DNA of 64,000 nucleotides, from positions 6,560-70,559 of the forward strand of contig CADEER010000013.1 in the NCBI GenBank assembly GCA_902826395.1, read 5' to 3'. The translations under genes and the position numbers were made by a program. Source of the stretch: an uncultured bacterium. GTDB taxonomy: Bacteria > Desulfobacterota > Binatia > HRBIN30 > CADEER01. Below, piece by piece: positions 19,108 to 27,515 of the stretch (positions are counted from its first letter, which is position 1; each line of letters starts with the position of its first letter). The notes below the pieces were generated by a model. That model was not told the DNA's origin, searched no databases, and saw only the letters and a program-made list of their open reading frames with translations.

Positions 19108-20331
19108 ATGGGAATCCAGCTTGAAATCACCGCGCAGCGCCAGGTCGCGGTTCTGAGCGTCAGCGAGCTGAACTGGCATTTGCGCTCGAGCCTCGAACGA
19201 CGCTTCAGCTCGGTTTGGGTCGCGGGCGAGATCTCGAGTTTGCGATCTCCGTCGTCCGGTCACCTCTACTTTTGCCTCAAGGACGCCAGCGCGCAGATCA
19301 GCGCCGTGGTGTTCCGCTCCGCCGCGCGGCGCATTCCCTTTCGCCCGCGCGACGGCTTGGAGGTCGTGGTGCGCGGCCGTGTCAGCATGTACGAGGCGCG
19401 CGGTGACCTGCAGATCTACATCGACTCGATGGAGCCGCAGGGAGTGGGCAGTGCCCAGTTGGCTCTGCAGCAGCTCAAGGAGAAGCTGGCGGCCGAGGGA
19501 CTGTTCGACGCTACGCGCAAGCGACCGCTGCCGGCCTGGCCGCGCACCGTGGGCGTCGTCACGGCGCTGCGCGGCGCCGCGATCCACGACATCGTCACCA
19601 CCCTGCGGGCGCGCCTGCCGGGCGTGCGTATCCTCGTGCGGCCTGTCGCAGTGCAAGGTAGTCAGGCGGCAGCCGAGATCGCCGCGGCGCTGCGCGATCT
19701 GCAAGACGACGGCTCCGCCGACGTGGTGATCGTCGGGCGCGGAGGTGGATCAGCGGAGGATCTCCGCGCATTCAACGAGGAGCGCGTGGCGCGCGCCATA
19801 GCGCGGTGTCCGATCCCGATCGTTTCGGCGGTCGGCCACGAGATCGACGTCACCCTGGCCGACCTCGTCGCCGACCTGCGCGCCGCTACGCCGACCGCCG
19901 CGGCCGCCGCCGTTACCCCTGACTGTCGCGAGCTGCAGGCGCGTCTGTCCCGCTTGACGCGCTCGTTGGCGACCGCGATGCGCGCCGATCTGAACCGTCG
20001 GCGCCGCGGGCTCGGACTGGTCGCCCGCCAGTTGCGCGATCCGCGTGCCGAGCTGCGAGCGCAGCGGCTGCGTCTCGACGAGCTGGGCGAACGTTCGCGG
20101 CGCGCGATCGTCCAGATGGTGCGTCTGGCGCACGAGCGGACGCGGCGCGGCGGCGAGCGGCTGCATGCACTGTCGCCGCTGGCCGTCCTGCAGCGCGGCT
20201 ACGCGATCGCGCGCGAGCCCGACACTGGCGCGGTCGTGCGATCGGCGGCTGAGTTGAAGGTCGACGATCGGATCGAACTGCTGTTCGCCAGCGGCCGTGC
20301 CACGGTGCGCGTCGAAGAGACCGGCGGCTGA
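19108..20331 (+). CDS. xseA: Exodeoxyribonuclease VII large subunit
   Basis: GEISS, SGHLYF, RGGGSAEDL, VGHEID and RAATPTAAA motifs. Confidence 0.96.
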   Translation: MGIQLEITAQRQVAVLSVSELNWHLRSSLERRFSSVWVAGEISSLRSPSSGHLYFCLKDASAQISAVVFRSAARRIPFRPRDGLEVVVRGRVSMYEARGDLQIYIDSMEPQGVGSAQLALQQLKEKLAAEGLFDATRKRPLPAWPRTVGVVTALRGAAIHDIVTTLRARLPGVRILVRPVAVQGSQAAAEIAAALRDLQDDGSADVVIVGRGGGSAEDLRAFNEERVARAIARCPIPIVSAVGHEIDVTLADLVADLRAATPTAAAAAVTPDCRELQARLSRLTRSLATAMRADLNRRRRGLGLVARQLRDPRAELRAQRLRLDELGERSRRAIVQMVRLAHERTRRGGERLHALSPLAVLQRGYAIAREPDTGAVVRSAAELKVDDRIELLFASGRATVRVEETGG

Positions 20332-20352
20332 GCCGGGAGGCGAGCGAGTATC

Positions 20353-20694
20353 ATGGCGGCAAAGAAGCGGGATTCCGCGTCGGAAGAGCCGGTCGTTTCG
20401 TTCGAGGACGGCGTCGGAGCGTTGGAGGGCCTGGTCGCCGAGCTCGAGTCGGGCGAATTGCCGCTCGAGAAGGCGCTGGAGTCGTTCGAACGCGGTGTGC
20501 AGCTGGTGCGCCGGCTCAACGATCGGCTGAACGAAGCCGAACGAAAGATCGAGATTCTTTCGCGAGGCCCCGACGGCGATCTGATCGTGCGCTCGCATCG
20601 GCAGAGTGCGACGAATGATACGGGCGAGGTGCGCGACCCCGGCGGTTCGCGCGATTCGGAGCCGGCCGCGGACACGGACGATGACTGCGAATGA
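20353..20694 (+). CDS. xseB: Exodeoxyribonuclease VII small subunit (with C-terminal tail)
   Basis: FEDGVGALEGLVAELESGELPLEKALESFERG motif. Confidence 0.92.
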   Translation: MAAKKRDSASEEPVVSFEDGVGALEGLVAELESGELPLEKALESFERGVQLVRRLNDRLNEAERKIEILSRGPDGDLIVRSHRQSATNDTGEVRDPGGSRDSEPAADTDDDCE

Positions 20695-21574
20695 CGCCGC
20701 GAGTTATGTAGCGGAGCGCCGCCGACTGATCGACCAGGCATTGGAGGGGGCGGTCACCGTCGACGGCAGCCGGCTGCGCGATGCGATGCGCTACAGTCTG
20801 CTCGGCGGCGGCAAGCGCATCCGACCAATCATGTTGTTGGCCTCCGGCGAAGCTGTCGGCGCGGACTGCGCACCGCTGCTGCCGTTCGCTTGCGGTATCG
20901 AGATGATTCACACCTACTCGCTGCTGCACGACGACCTGCCGGCAATGGACGACGACGAGCTGCGCCGCGGCCGGCCGACCAGTCACGTTCGCTACGGCGA
21001 GGCACTGGCGATCCTGGCCGGCGATGCGCTCCTCACCGACGCCTTCACTCTGATGACGGCGGCGGCCCAAACGTATCCCGACCCGGTTGCTGCCATTCGC
21101 GCCGTGCACGAGATCGCCCTGGCTGCCGGGGCGGCCGGGATGGTTGCGGGCCAGGCCGAGGACATCGCGGCCGAAGGAGGCGACGCCGATCTCGCCACCG
21201 TGGAACGCATCCATCGTCGCAAGACCGGTGCTTTGCTGTGCGCCGCCGTGCGCGGCGGCGCCATCTTGGGAGGGGCTGAGGAAGACGCCTTGACTCGACT
21301 GACGCTGTACGGTGAGCGCCTCGGCCTCGCGTTTCAGGTGGTAGACGACGTGCTCGACGCCACCGCCGACAGCGGCGTGACGGGCAAGGTGGGCGGCCGC
21401 GATCGGGCTCTCGGCAAGCGCACGTACGTCGAATTGTTGGGTGTTGCCGGAGCGCGGGCGCGCGCCGTGGCGCTGCGCGACGAAGCGGTGGCGGCGCTCG
21501 ACGTGTTGGGGACTGCGGCGGCGCCGCTGCGTTCTCTCGCCGATCTCGTCGTCGGGCGTGCCGCTGCACCGTGA
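20681..21574 (+). CDS. ispA: Polyprenyl (farnesyl) diphosphate synthase
   Basis: GGKRIRP, HDDLPAMDDDELRRG, KTG and FQVVDD motifs. Confidence 0.93.
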   Translation: MTANDAASYVAERRRLIDQALEGAVTVDGSRLRDAMRYSLLGGGKRIRPIMLLASGEAVGADCAPLLPFACGIEMIHTYSLLHDDLPAMDDDELRRGRPTSHVRYGEALAILAGDALLTDAFTLMTAAAQTYPDPVAAIRAVHEIALAAGAAGMVAGQAEDIAAEGGDADLATVERIHRRKTGALLCAAVRGGAILGGAEEDALTRLTLYGERLGLAFQVVDDVLDATADSGVTGKVGGRDRALGKRTYVELLGVAGARARAVALRDEAVAALDVLGTAAAPLRSLADLVVGRAAAP

Positions 21575-21584
21575 GGCGAGTCGT

Positions 21585-22319
21585 ATGAAGGAGCGCCTCG
21601 ACCTCATCGTCGCGGAGCGATGCGGGGTGGCGAGTCGCGAGCGGGCGCGACGGTTGATCATGGCCGGCAAGGTTCGCGTCGATGGAACCGTCGTCGACAA
21701 GCCCGGTGCGGCGATCGCGGTCGAGGCAGTAGTCCATCTCGACGCCGACGAGCCTTTCGTCAGCCGCGGCGGCATCAAGCTGGAAGCCGCCCTCGATGGG
21801 TTTGGGTTGGATGTGTTGAACCGCGACGTAATCGATGTCGGCGCCTCGACGGGTGGCTTCACCGATTGCGTTCTGCGTCGCGGCGCCCGGCGCGTCGTGG
21901 CCGTCGACGTCGGCTATGGGCAGTTCGACTGGCGGCTGCGCAGCGATCCGCGCGTCACGCTGCTCGAACGGACCAACGCTCGCCACCTGGTGCCTGGCGA
22001 CTTACCGTTCGCGCCCGAGATCGCCGTGATCGATGTGTCGTTCATCTCGTTGCGTCTCATCCTACCGCCGGTTTCCGCCTCGCTTGCCCCGACGGCAACG
22101 ATCGTTGCGCTGGTCAAGCCGCAGTTCGAAGTTGGGCGCGGCGAGGTGGGCAAGGGCGGCGTGGTGCGCGACCCGGAACAGCACCGGAGTGCGCTGCGCG
22201 GCGTGTGCGAGGCTGCGGTCGAGATCGGCCTTGCGGTCGCCGGCGAGTGCGAGTCGCCGATCCTCGGTCCCAAGGGCAACCGGGAGTTTTTCGTGCTGCT
22301 GCGAAAGAACCCGCCCTGA
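21585..22319 (+). CDS. tlyA: TlyA family rRNA 2'-O-methyltransferase (S4 + FtsJ domains)
   Basis: FVSRGGIKL, DVGASTGGFT, DVSFISL, KPQFE and GNREF motifs. Confidence 0.95.
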   Translation: MKERLDLIVAERCGVASRERARRLIMAGKVRVDGTVVDKPGAAIAVEAVVHLDADEPFVSRGGIKLEAALDGFGLDVLNRDVIDVGASTGGFTDCVLRRGARRVVAVDVGYGQFDWRLRSDPRVTLLERTNARHLVPGDLPFAPEIAVIDVSFISLRLILPPVSASLAPTATIVALVKPQFEVGRGEVGKGGVVRDPEQHRSALRGVCEAAVEIGLAVAGECESPILGPKGNREFFVLLRKNPP

Positions 22320-22337
22320 GCAGGCGCCCTTGCGGGG

Positions 22338-22814
22338 CTAGTTCAGGGCCTGCGGGTCGGCTTCGGCGATCTCGCCGCGCAGCCGTGTGACATGCTCGTT
22401 CATGCGCCGAGTCAGCACGTCGAAGAGGTCGATCAACTCCGGATCGAGGTCGATCAGGTCGCGCGCCAGCTCGAGGATTCGATTGCGGCCCTGCTGCAGC
22501 ACCTCGAGGTCCTCGACGATGCGCGCCCAGTGATTGATGCCCTCCGACGCGACCAGCTTGCCGGCGCCGCCGCGTGCCGACGAACTGCGCGCCGCCAGCG
22601 CCGACTCGATCAGTGCCGTGGTGGCGCGATGCTCGGTTGCCAGGCGACGCAGGCTGGACTCCGCCGAATCGCTCGGGGCCCGTTCAGCCGTCAGCTCGAA
22701 TCGGGCTGCCCGCTCCAAAAACCCGCGATGTGCCTCGCGCAGGCCCTCGGCGACGCGCTTCTTGTCTTGGTCGCCCTTGTCCAACAGTCCGCGAAAGGTC
22801 TCCAGCCAGGCCAT
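22338..22814 (-). CDS. Hypothetical all-helical protein, possibly ferritin-like
   Basis: 158 aa amphipathic helices with E..H spacing (LATEH, MNEH); extended -10 element just upstream. Confidence 0.5.
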   Translation of the reverse strand: MAWLETFRGLLDKGDQDKKRVAEGLREAHRGFLERAARFELTAERAPSDSAESSLRRLATEHRATTALIESALAARSSSARGGAGKLVASEGINHWARIVEDLEVLQQGRNRILELARDLIDLDPELIDLFDVLTRRMNEHVTRLRGEIAEADPQALN

Positions 22815-22944
22815 ACGAGGCGCGCACGCTACCAGAGGTCGCCATGGAGTCAACCAGCCGCGGGGCATCTGATGCTACGAATCAGTGGGGCTGTTGCCTC
22901 GCGTCGGCGTTCGGCCTACTGTACGCCGTTCGAGAGGGACCATC

Positions 22945-23151
22945 ATGGCGCGAATAACCGTAGAAGATTGCCTCGACAACGTAGGTAACCGCTTCGAGCT
23001 CGTCCTGCTTGGCGCTCGCCGCGCCAAGCAGCTCCTCAAGGGGGCGCGGCCGCTGGTCGAGTCTGACAACAAGGAAGTCGTGACGGCGCTCCGCGAAGTG
23101 GCAGCCGGCGAAGTTCTGCTCGTGTACCCCGAGGCACCGCCGGAGGAGTAG
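22945..23151 (+). CDS. rpoZ: RNA polymerase omega subunit
   Basis: [28 protein letters not shown] motif. Confidence 0.96.
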   Translation: MARITVEDCLDNVGNRFELVLLGARRAKQLLKGARPLVESDNKEVVTALREVAAGEVLLVYPEAPPEE

Positions 23152-23199
23152 GCGGCTTGGCGACCCCGCCGCGCGTGGCCGGCAGGGTGGAGTCGACCG

Positions 23200-24339
23200 A
23201 TGGAGGAGAAAGACCTCTATGCCGCGCTCGGGGTGGATCGAAAGGCGTCTGCGGACGAGATCCGCAAGGCCTATCGGAAGCTGGCGCGCAAGCATCATCC
23301 GGACGTAAACCCCGGCAATCAGGACGCCGAGAACCGGTTCAAGGAGATCTCCGAAGCCCACGAGATCCTCGGCGATCCCGACAAGCGCAAGCTGTACGAC
23401 GAGTTCGGCATGGCTGGCGCACAGTCGGGCTTTGATGCCGAGCAGGCGCGCGCCGCGCGCGACGCCTATGCGTGGCGCGCAACCGGGTCGGAACCGCGCG
23501 GTGGGTTCGGTGGCTACGAGAATTTCGAGGACATCTTCGGCGACATCTTCAGCGGCCGCGGATCACACGGCGCACGATCACGGACGGGTGTGCGGGCCGC
23601 CGGCGAAGATCTGGAGACCGAACTGGAGATCGACCTGCTCGATGCGGTGCGTGGGTTGGCGACCGAGATCGGCATCGACCGCCGCGAGGTCTGCGCCACC
23701 TGTACGGGCAGTGGCCTCGATCTGAGCAGCGCACCGATCTGCTCGCAGTGCGGCGGGCAGGGGCGGGTGCGAGTCGGCGAAGGACCGGTTGCGTTCATGC
23801 GCACGTGCCCGCGGTGCGGTGGCCAGGGGCGCGAGGGGACGAAGCCGTGTCCGACCTGCAGCGGCGCCGGTCAGACCAGTCGGCGCGAGCGCTTGTCGGT
23901 TAAGATTCCACCGGGGGTCGATACCGGTTCGCGGGTACGCGTTTCGGGCAAGGGCGGCGCTGGCATTGGCAACGGAGCGCCGGGCGATCTCTTCATCCGC
24001 GTCGTCGTGCGCCCGCATCGGCTGATCGAGAGACGCGGCGACGATCTCCACCTCGATCTTCCGGTGACCGTCGTCGAGGCCGTATCGGGAGCGTCGATCG
24101 ACGTACCCACCCCCGATGGAGCCAAGGTCAGAGTGCGAGTGCCGCCGCGCACACAGAGTGGTAAACAGCTCCGAGTTCGCGGTCACGGGATGCCGCGTCT
24201 CAAGGGCGACGGCCGCGGGGATTTGTATCTGCGGGTCGTCGTGCATATTCCGGAGGACGGCGGAGAAGAGGTGGAACGGGCCGCCGCGGAGATGAGCGCC
24301 GGCTACAAATCCGACCCGCGCAGTTCAATGCGGTTCTGA
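23200..24339 (+). CDS. dnaJ: DnaJ-class chaperone with J domain and four CxxCxGxG zinc-finger repeats
   Basis: HPD motif; G/F-rich region; CATCTGSG, CSQCGGQG, CPRCGGQG and CPTCSGAG repeats. Confidence 0.88.
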   Translation: MEEKDLYAALGVDRKASADEIRKAYRKLARKHHPDVNPGNQDAENRFKEISEAHEILGDPDKRKLYDEFGMAGAQSGFDAEQARAARDAYAWRATGSEPRGGFGGYENFEDIFGDIFSGRGSHGARSRTGVRAAGEDLETELEIDLLDAVRGLATEIGIDRREVCATCTGSGLDLSSAPICSQCGGQGRVRVGEGPVAFMRTCPRCGGQGREGTKPCPTCSGAGQTSRRERLSVKIPPGVDTGSRVRVSGKGGAGIGNGAPGDLFIRVVVRPHRLIERRGDDLHLDLPVTVVEAVSGASIDVPTPDGAKVRVRVPPRTQSGKQLRVRGHGMPRLKGDGRGDLYLRVVVHIPEDGGEEVERAAAEMSAGYKSDPRSSMRF

Positions 24340-24352
24340 GATCGAGGAGAGC

Positions 24353-24673
24353 GTGGCGAAGTACGTCAAAGTCCGCGAAGTCTGCGTGCAGCTCAGTCTC
24401 GACGACGCGACGGTACGCCAGCTTGTCGAGGAGGGACTGGTCGAGATTCGCCGTCCAACGTCGGGCGACGACGAGGTGCTGAGCGCCGACGATGCCGAGC
24501 GGCTGCGCGTCATTTCGGTGCTGATGCGCGACATGGACGTCAATCTCGCTGGAGTCGAGGTGATCCTCCACATGCGCGACGAGCTCATGTCGCTCCGCCG
24601 CCAGTTCGATCACGTCATGCAAACGCTCGTCGAAGAGCTCAAGAAGGAGATCGGCGGCCCGCCGCGCTCTTGA
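24353..24673 (+). CDS. CbpM/HspR-like MerR-family chaperone modulator
   Basis: EEGLV...RLRVISVLMRDMDVNLAGVEVILHM pattern; directly after dnaJ. Confidence 0.75.
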   Translation: MAKYVKVREVCVQLSLDDATVRQLVEEGLVEIRRPTSGDDEVLSADDAERLRVISVLMRDMDVNLAGVEVILHMRDELMSLRRQFDHVMQTLVEELKKEIGGPPRS

Positions 24674-24704
24674 GCGGCGGGGTGGAGCCGTGGATTGCGC
24701 GGTG

Positions 24705-25739
24705 ATGGCGGATCGACGCAAGGACCAGGACGCCCTCGACGCCGACGAGGTCGCGGACGACGAAGTCGGCGACGACGATGAATCGGCCGAGGCGGAGGCG
24801 ATCGAGCCCGAGGTCGTCGAGGACGAAGCCGCGGCGACTCAGGTCTTCGAATACGACGAAGAGGACGAAGCCGAAGAAGCCTCGGGGAGCTCGCTCGTTC
24901 CCTTCGACCCTCTGCAGCGATACATGGCCGAGGCGCGCCGCTATCCGTTGCTCAGCCGCGAGGAAGAGAGGGAGCTGGCGATTCGCTTGGTCGAACAGGG
25001 TGATGTCGACGCCGCGTATCGCTTGGTGACCGCCAACCTGCGGCTCGTCGTGATGGTGGCGCGCGAGTACGCGAAGGCCAGCCGCAACCTGCTCGACCTC
25101 GTGCAGGAGGGCAACATCGGCCTCATGGAGGCCGTGAAGCGTTTCGATCCGTATCGCGGCGTGCGCTTCCCGTCATATGCGGTGTGGTGGATCCGCGCCT
25201 ACATCATTCGCTACCTGATCAACAATTGGCGGATGGTGAAGGTCGGCACCACCCAGGCGCAGCGAAAGTTGTTTTTCAACCTCCAGAAGGAGAAGGAGAG
25301 GTTGGAGCGGGAGGGCATTTTTCCCGAGCCGCGTCTCATCGCCGAACGCCTCGACGTCAAAGAGCGCGAGGTGATCGAAATGGACCAACGCCTATCGGCG
25401 CGCGATTTGTCGGTAGACGCTCCGAGTCGGCAGGACGAAGACGCGACGCTACTCGACGTCCTACCGAGCCGCAGCAGCGACACCGAGGGCCAGGTCGCAG
25501 ACGCAGAGTTTCAGGCGCGCGTCGGAGCCGTGATTCGCGAGTTCGGCACCACCCTCAAGGGCAAGGAGGCGCGCATCTTCGAGTCGCGCCTGGTCGCTCC
25601 GGAGGCGCTGACGCTGCAGGAGATCGGCGACGAGTATAAGATCAGCCGAGAGCGCGTTCGCCAGATCGAATCGCGAGTCAAGAAGAAGCTAAAGGCCTAT
25701 CTGCTCAAACAACTGGGCGACATCGAAGAGGTTCTGTAG
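24705..25739 (+). CDS. rpoH: RNA polymerase sigma-32 family factor
   Basis: Region 2 NLRLVV/DLVQEGNIGLM/AVWWIRA; RpoH box QRKLFFNL; region 4 SRERVRQIE. Confidence 0.88.
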   Translation: MADRRKDQDALDADEVADDEVGDDDESAEAEAIEPEVVEDEAAATQVFEYDEEDEAEEASGSSLVPFDPLQRYMAEARRYPLLSREEERELAIRLVEQGDVDAAYRLVTANLRLVVMVAREYAKASRNLLDLVQEGNIGLMEAVKRFDPYRGVRFPSYAVWWIRAYIIRYLINNWRMVKVGTTQAQRKLFFNLQKEKERLEREGIFPEPRLIAERLDVKEREVIEMDQRLSARDLSVDAPSRQDEDATLLDVLPSRSSDTEGQVADAEFQARVGAVIREFGTTLKGKEARIFESRLVAPEALTLQEIGDEYKISRERVRQIESRVKKKLKAYLLKQLGDIEEVL

Positions 25740-25795
25740 GGCCGGCTGCGAGGGGTGGGCGCCAGCGGGCTTGCTGGCGAAGCGCGTGGCGCTCG

Positions 25796-25801
25796 TATAA
25801 T
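25796..25801 (+). promoter_or_regulatory. Sigma70 -10 element 9 nt upstream of an SD-less ATG
   Basis: Perfect TATAAT in high-GC DNA; TTGCTG at 25771-25776 is a possible -35 (19-nt spacer). Confidence 0.5.
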
Positions 25802-25810
25802 TTAACGGCC

Positions 25811-26545
25811 ATGGCGCGCTCGACGACGGCCGGGCTGGTCGTGATCGGCAACGAAATCCTCTCCGGCAAGGTGGAGGACACCAACTCGCCGTTCCTCGCC
25901 AAACAGTTGCGCGCCGTCGGTGTTTCGCTCGAGCGCATTCTCGTCATACCGGACGAGATCGAGGTCATTGCCGCCGCGGTGCGCGAGTACAGCGCCACGT
26001 ACGACCTCGTGTTCACTTCCGGAGGCGTTGGTCCGACGCACGACGATCTGACCATCGCCGGCGTGGCTCGCGCTCTCGGTCGCGAGGTGATCCGCCACCC
26101 CGAGCTCGAGAAGGCGCTGCGCGCGTTCTTTTCCGACCGCGTGACCGAAGCGCAACTTCGGCTCGCCGACGTCGTCGACGGAACCGAGCTGCTGCACGAC
26201 GGCAACCTGCGGTTTCCCACGTTCCTGGTAAACAACATCTACGTGCTGCCGGGTATTCCCGAGATCTTTCGCGACAAAGTGGTGGCGATTCGCGATCGTT
26301 TCACCACGGACCCGTTCCATCTGCGGATCGTCTATGTTCGCGAACAGGAGACGGCGATCGCGGCGTCGCTCTACGAGACGCTGGCCGCCTTTCCCAATTT
26401 GCTGCTCGGGTCGTATCCGAAGCTCAACAATCCCGAATACAAGGTGCGCTTGACGCTGGAGTCGAAGGACGTCGACTACTTGGAGAGCGCGCTCCGGAAG
26501 CTGCTCGAGGTGCTTCCGCCAAACGCCGTGGTCCGGCAGGAGTAG
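25811..26545 (+). CDS. CinA N-terminal-like / molybdopterin-binding domain protein
   Basis: IGNEILSG, DTNS and TSGGVGPTHDD motifs; lacks the C-terminal NMN deamidase domain. Confidence 0.85.
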   Translation: MARSTTAGLVVIGNEILSGKVEDTNSPFLAKQLRAVGVSLERILVIPDEIEVIAAAVREYSATYDLVFTSGGVGPTHDDLTIAGVARALGREVIRHPELEKALRAFFSDRVTEAQLRLADVVDGTELLHDGNLRFPTFLVNNIYVLPGIPEIFRDKVVAIRDRFTTDPFHLRIVYVREQETAIAASLYETLAAFPNLLLGSYPKLNNPEYKVRLTLESKDVDYLESALRKLLEVLPPNAVVRQE

Positions 26546-26555
26546 GAGGTGTGGA

Positions 26556-26900
26556 ATGAGAGGAATGACGAGGACGGCAGTATTGGCGATGGTGCTCGCC
26601 GTGGCGGCAACGCGACCGGCGGCCGCAGCGCCGGAGTATGTGCGCGATTTCGGGTTTGGGATGGCGGCAGTGGGGTCCAACATCTTCTACATCCCGGCGA
26701 AGATGTTGTACGCGACCGGCGGCCTGCTAGTCGGCACGCTCGGCTATGGGTTGACGGCGGGCAACCTCGAGGCCGCGCAGAACATTTGGGCGCCGTCGAT
26801 CGGCGGCACCTGGGTCCTCACTCCCGATATGATGGCCGGCAAGAAGCCGATCCTGTTCACCGGCGAGAGCTTTGCTCCGCGCGAGCGAGCCGATGAGTGA
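26556..26900 (+). CDS. Hypothetical exported or membrane protein
   Basis: GGAGG SD, signal peptide (PAAAA|A) and hydrophobic core. Confidence 0.65.
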   Translation: MRGMTRTAVLAMVLAVAATRPAAAAPEYVRDFGFGMAAVGSNIFYIPAKMLYATGGLLVGTLGYGLTAGNLEAAQNIWAPSIGGTWVLTPDMMAGKKPILFTGESFAPRERADE

Positions 26901-26903
26901 CCC

Positions 26904-27515
26904 ATGCCGGCGGGCGAATCGAGCTTTGTAGCCGGAGCTGCCACACCAGCGCGGATCCCGCACGCCACGGTCGCGGAGATCGCCCTGGCGGGACGATCCA
27001 ACGTCGGCAAATCGTCGCTGCTCAATCGTCTGGTCGGGCGCCACAGCCTGGCGCGGGTGAGCCGGACACCGGGCCGCACGCAACAGATCAATTTCTTCGC
27101 GGTCGGCGACGACCTCATGCTAGTCGACCTGCCGGGATACGGGTTCGCCAAGGTGCCGCGCGAAGTCGTCGATTCGTGGCGACGCCTGGTCGACGCGTAT
27201 CTGGTCGGTCGCGCGACGCTGCGAGGCGTCGTTGTGTTGGTCGACAGTCGGCGCGGCCTCTCCGACGAGGATCGCGACCTGATCGCCTATCTGGGCTCGC
27301 TCGAAGTGCCGTGCTGCATCGCCGCGACGAAGATCGACAAGCTCAAGCGGAGCGAGCGCGTCGCACAGATCCGCTCGCTCGAAAACGAGCTGCCGGACCA
27401 TGCGCTGACCGTCTGCTCGGCCGTCACTGGCGAGGGGGTTCCGGAGCTCTGGCAGCGCATCCGCGACATGGCGGCGCCGCTGCGTCCTCGAGACGGCAGA
27501 CGCTCAGAGCAGTGA
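26904..27515 (+). CDS. engB: Ribosome biogenesis GTPase YihA/YsxC
   Basis: G1 GRSNVGKS, G3 DLPGYG and G4 TKID motifs. Confidence 0.94.
   Translation: MPAGESSFVAGAATPARIPHATVAEIALAGRSNVGKSSLLNRLVGRHSLARVSRTPGRTQQINFFAVGDDLMLVDLPGYGFAKVPREVVDSWRRLVDAYLVGRATLRGVVVLVDSRRGLSDEDRDLIAYLGSLEVPCCIAATKIDKLKRSERVAQIRSLENELPDHALTVCSAVTGEGVPELWQRIRDMAAPLRPRDGRRSEQ

Noticed and set aside
21585-22319. TlyA as a haemolysin or virulence factor
   Set aside because: Housekeeping xseAB-ispA context and intact methyltransferase motifs; no virulence genes nearby
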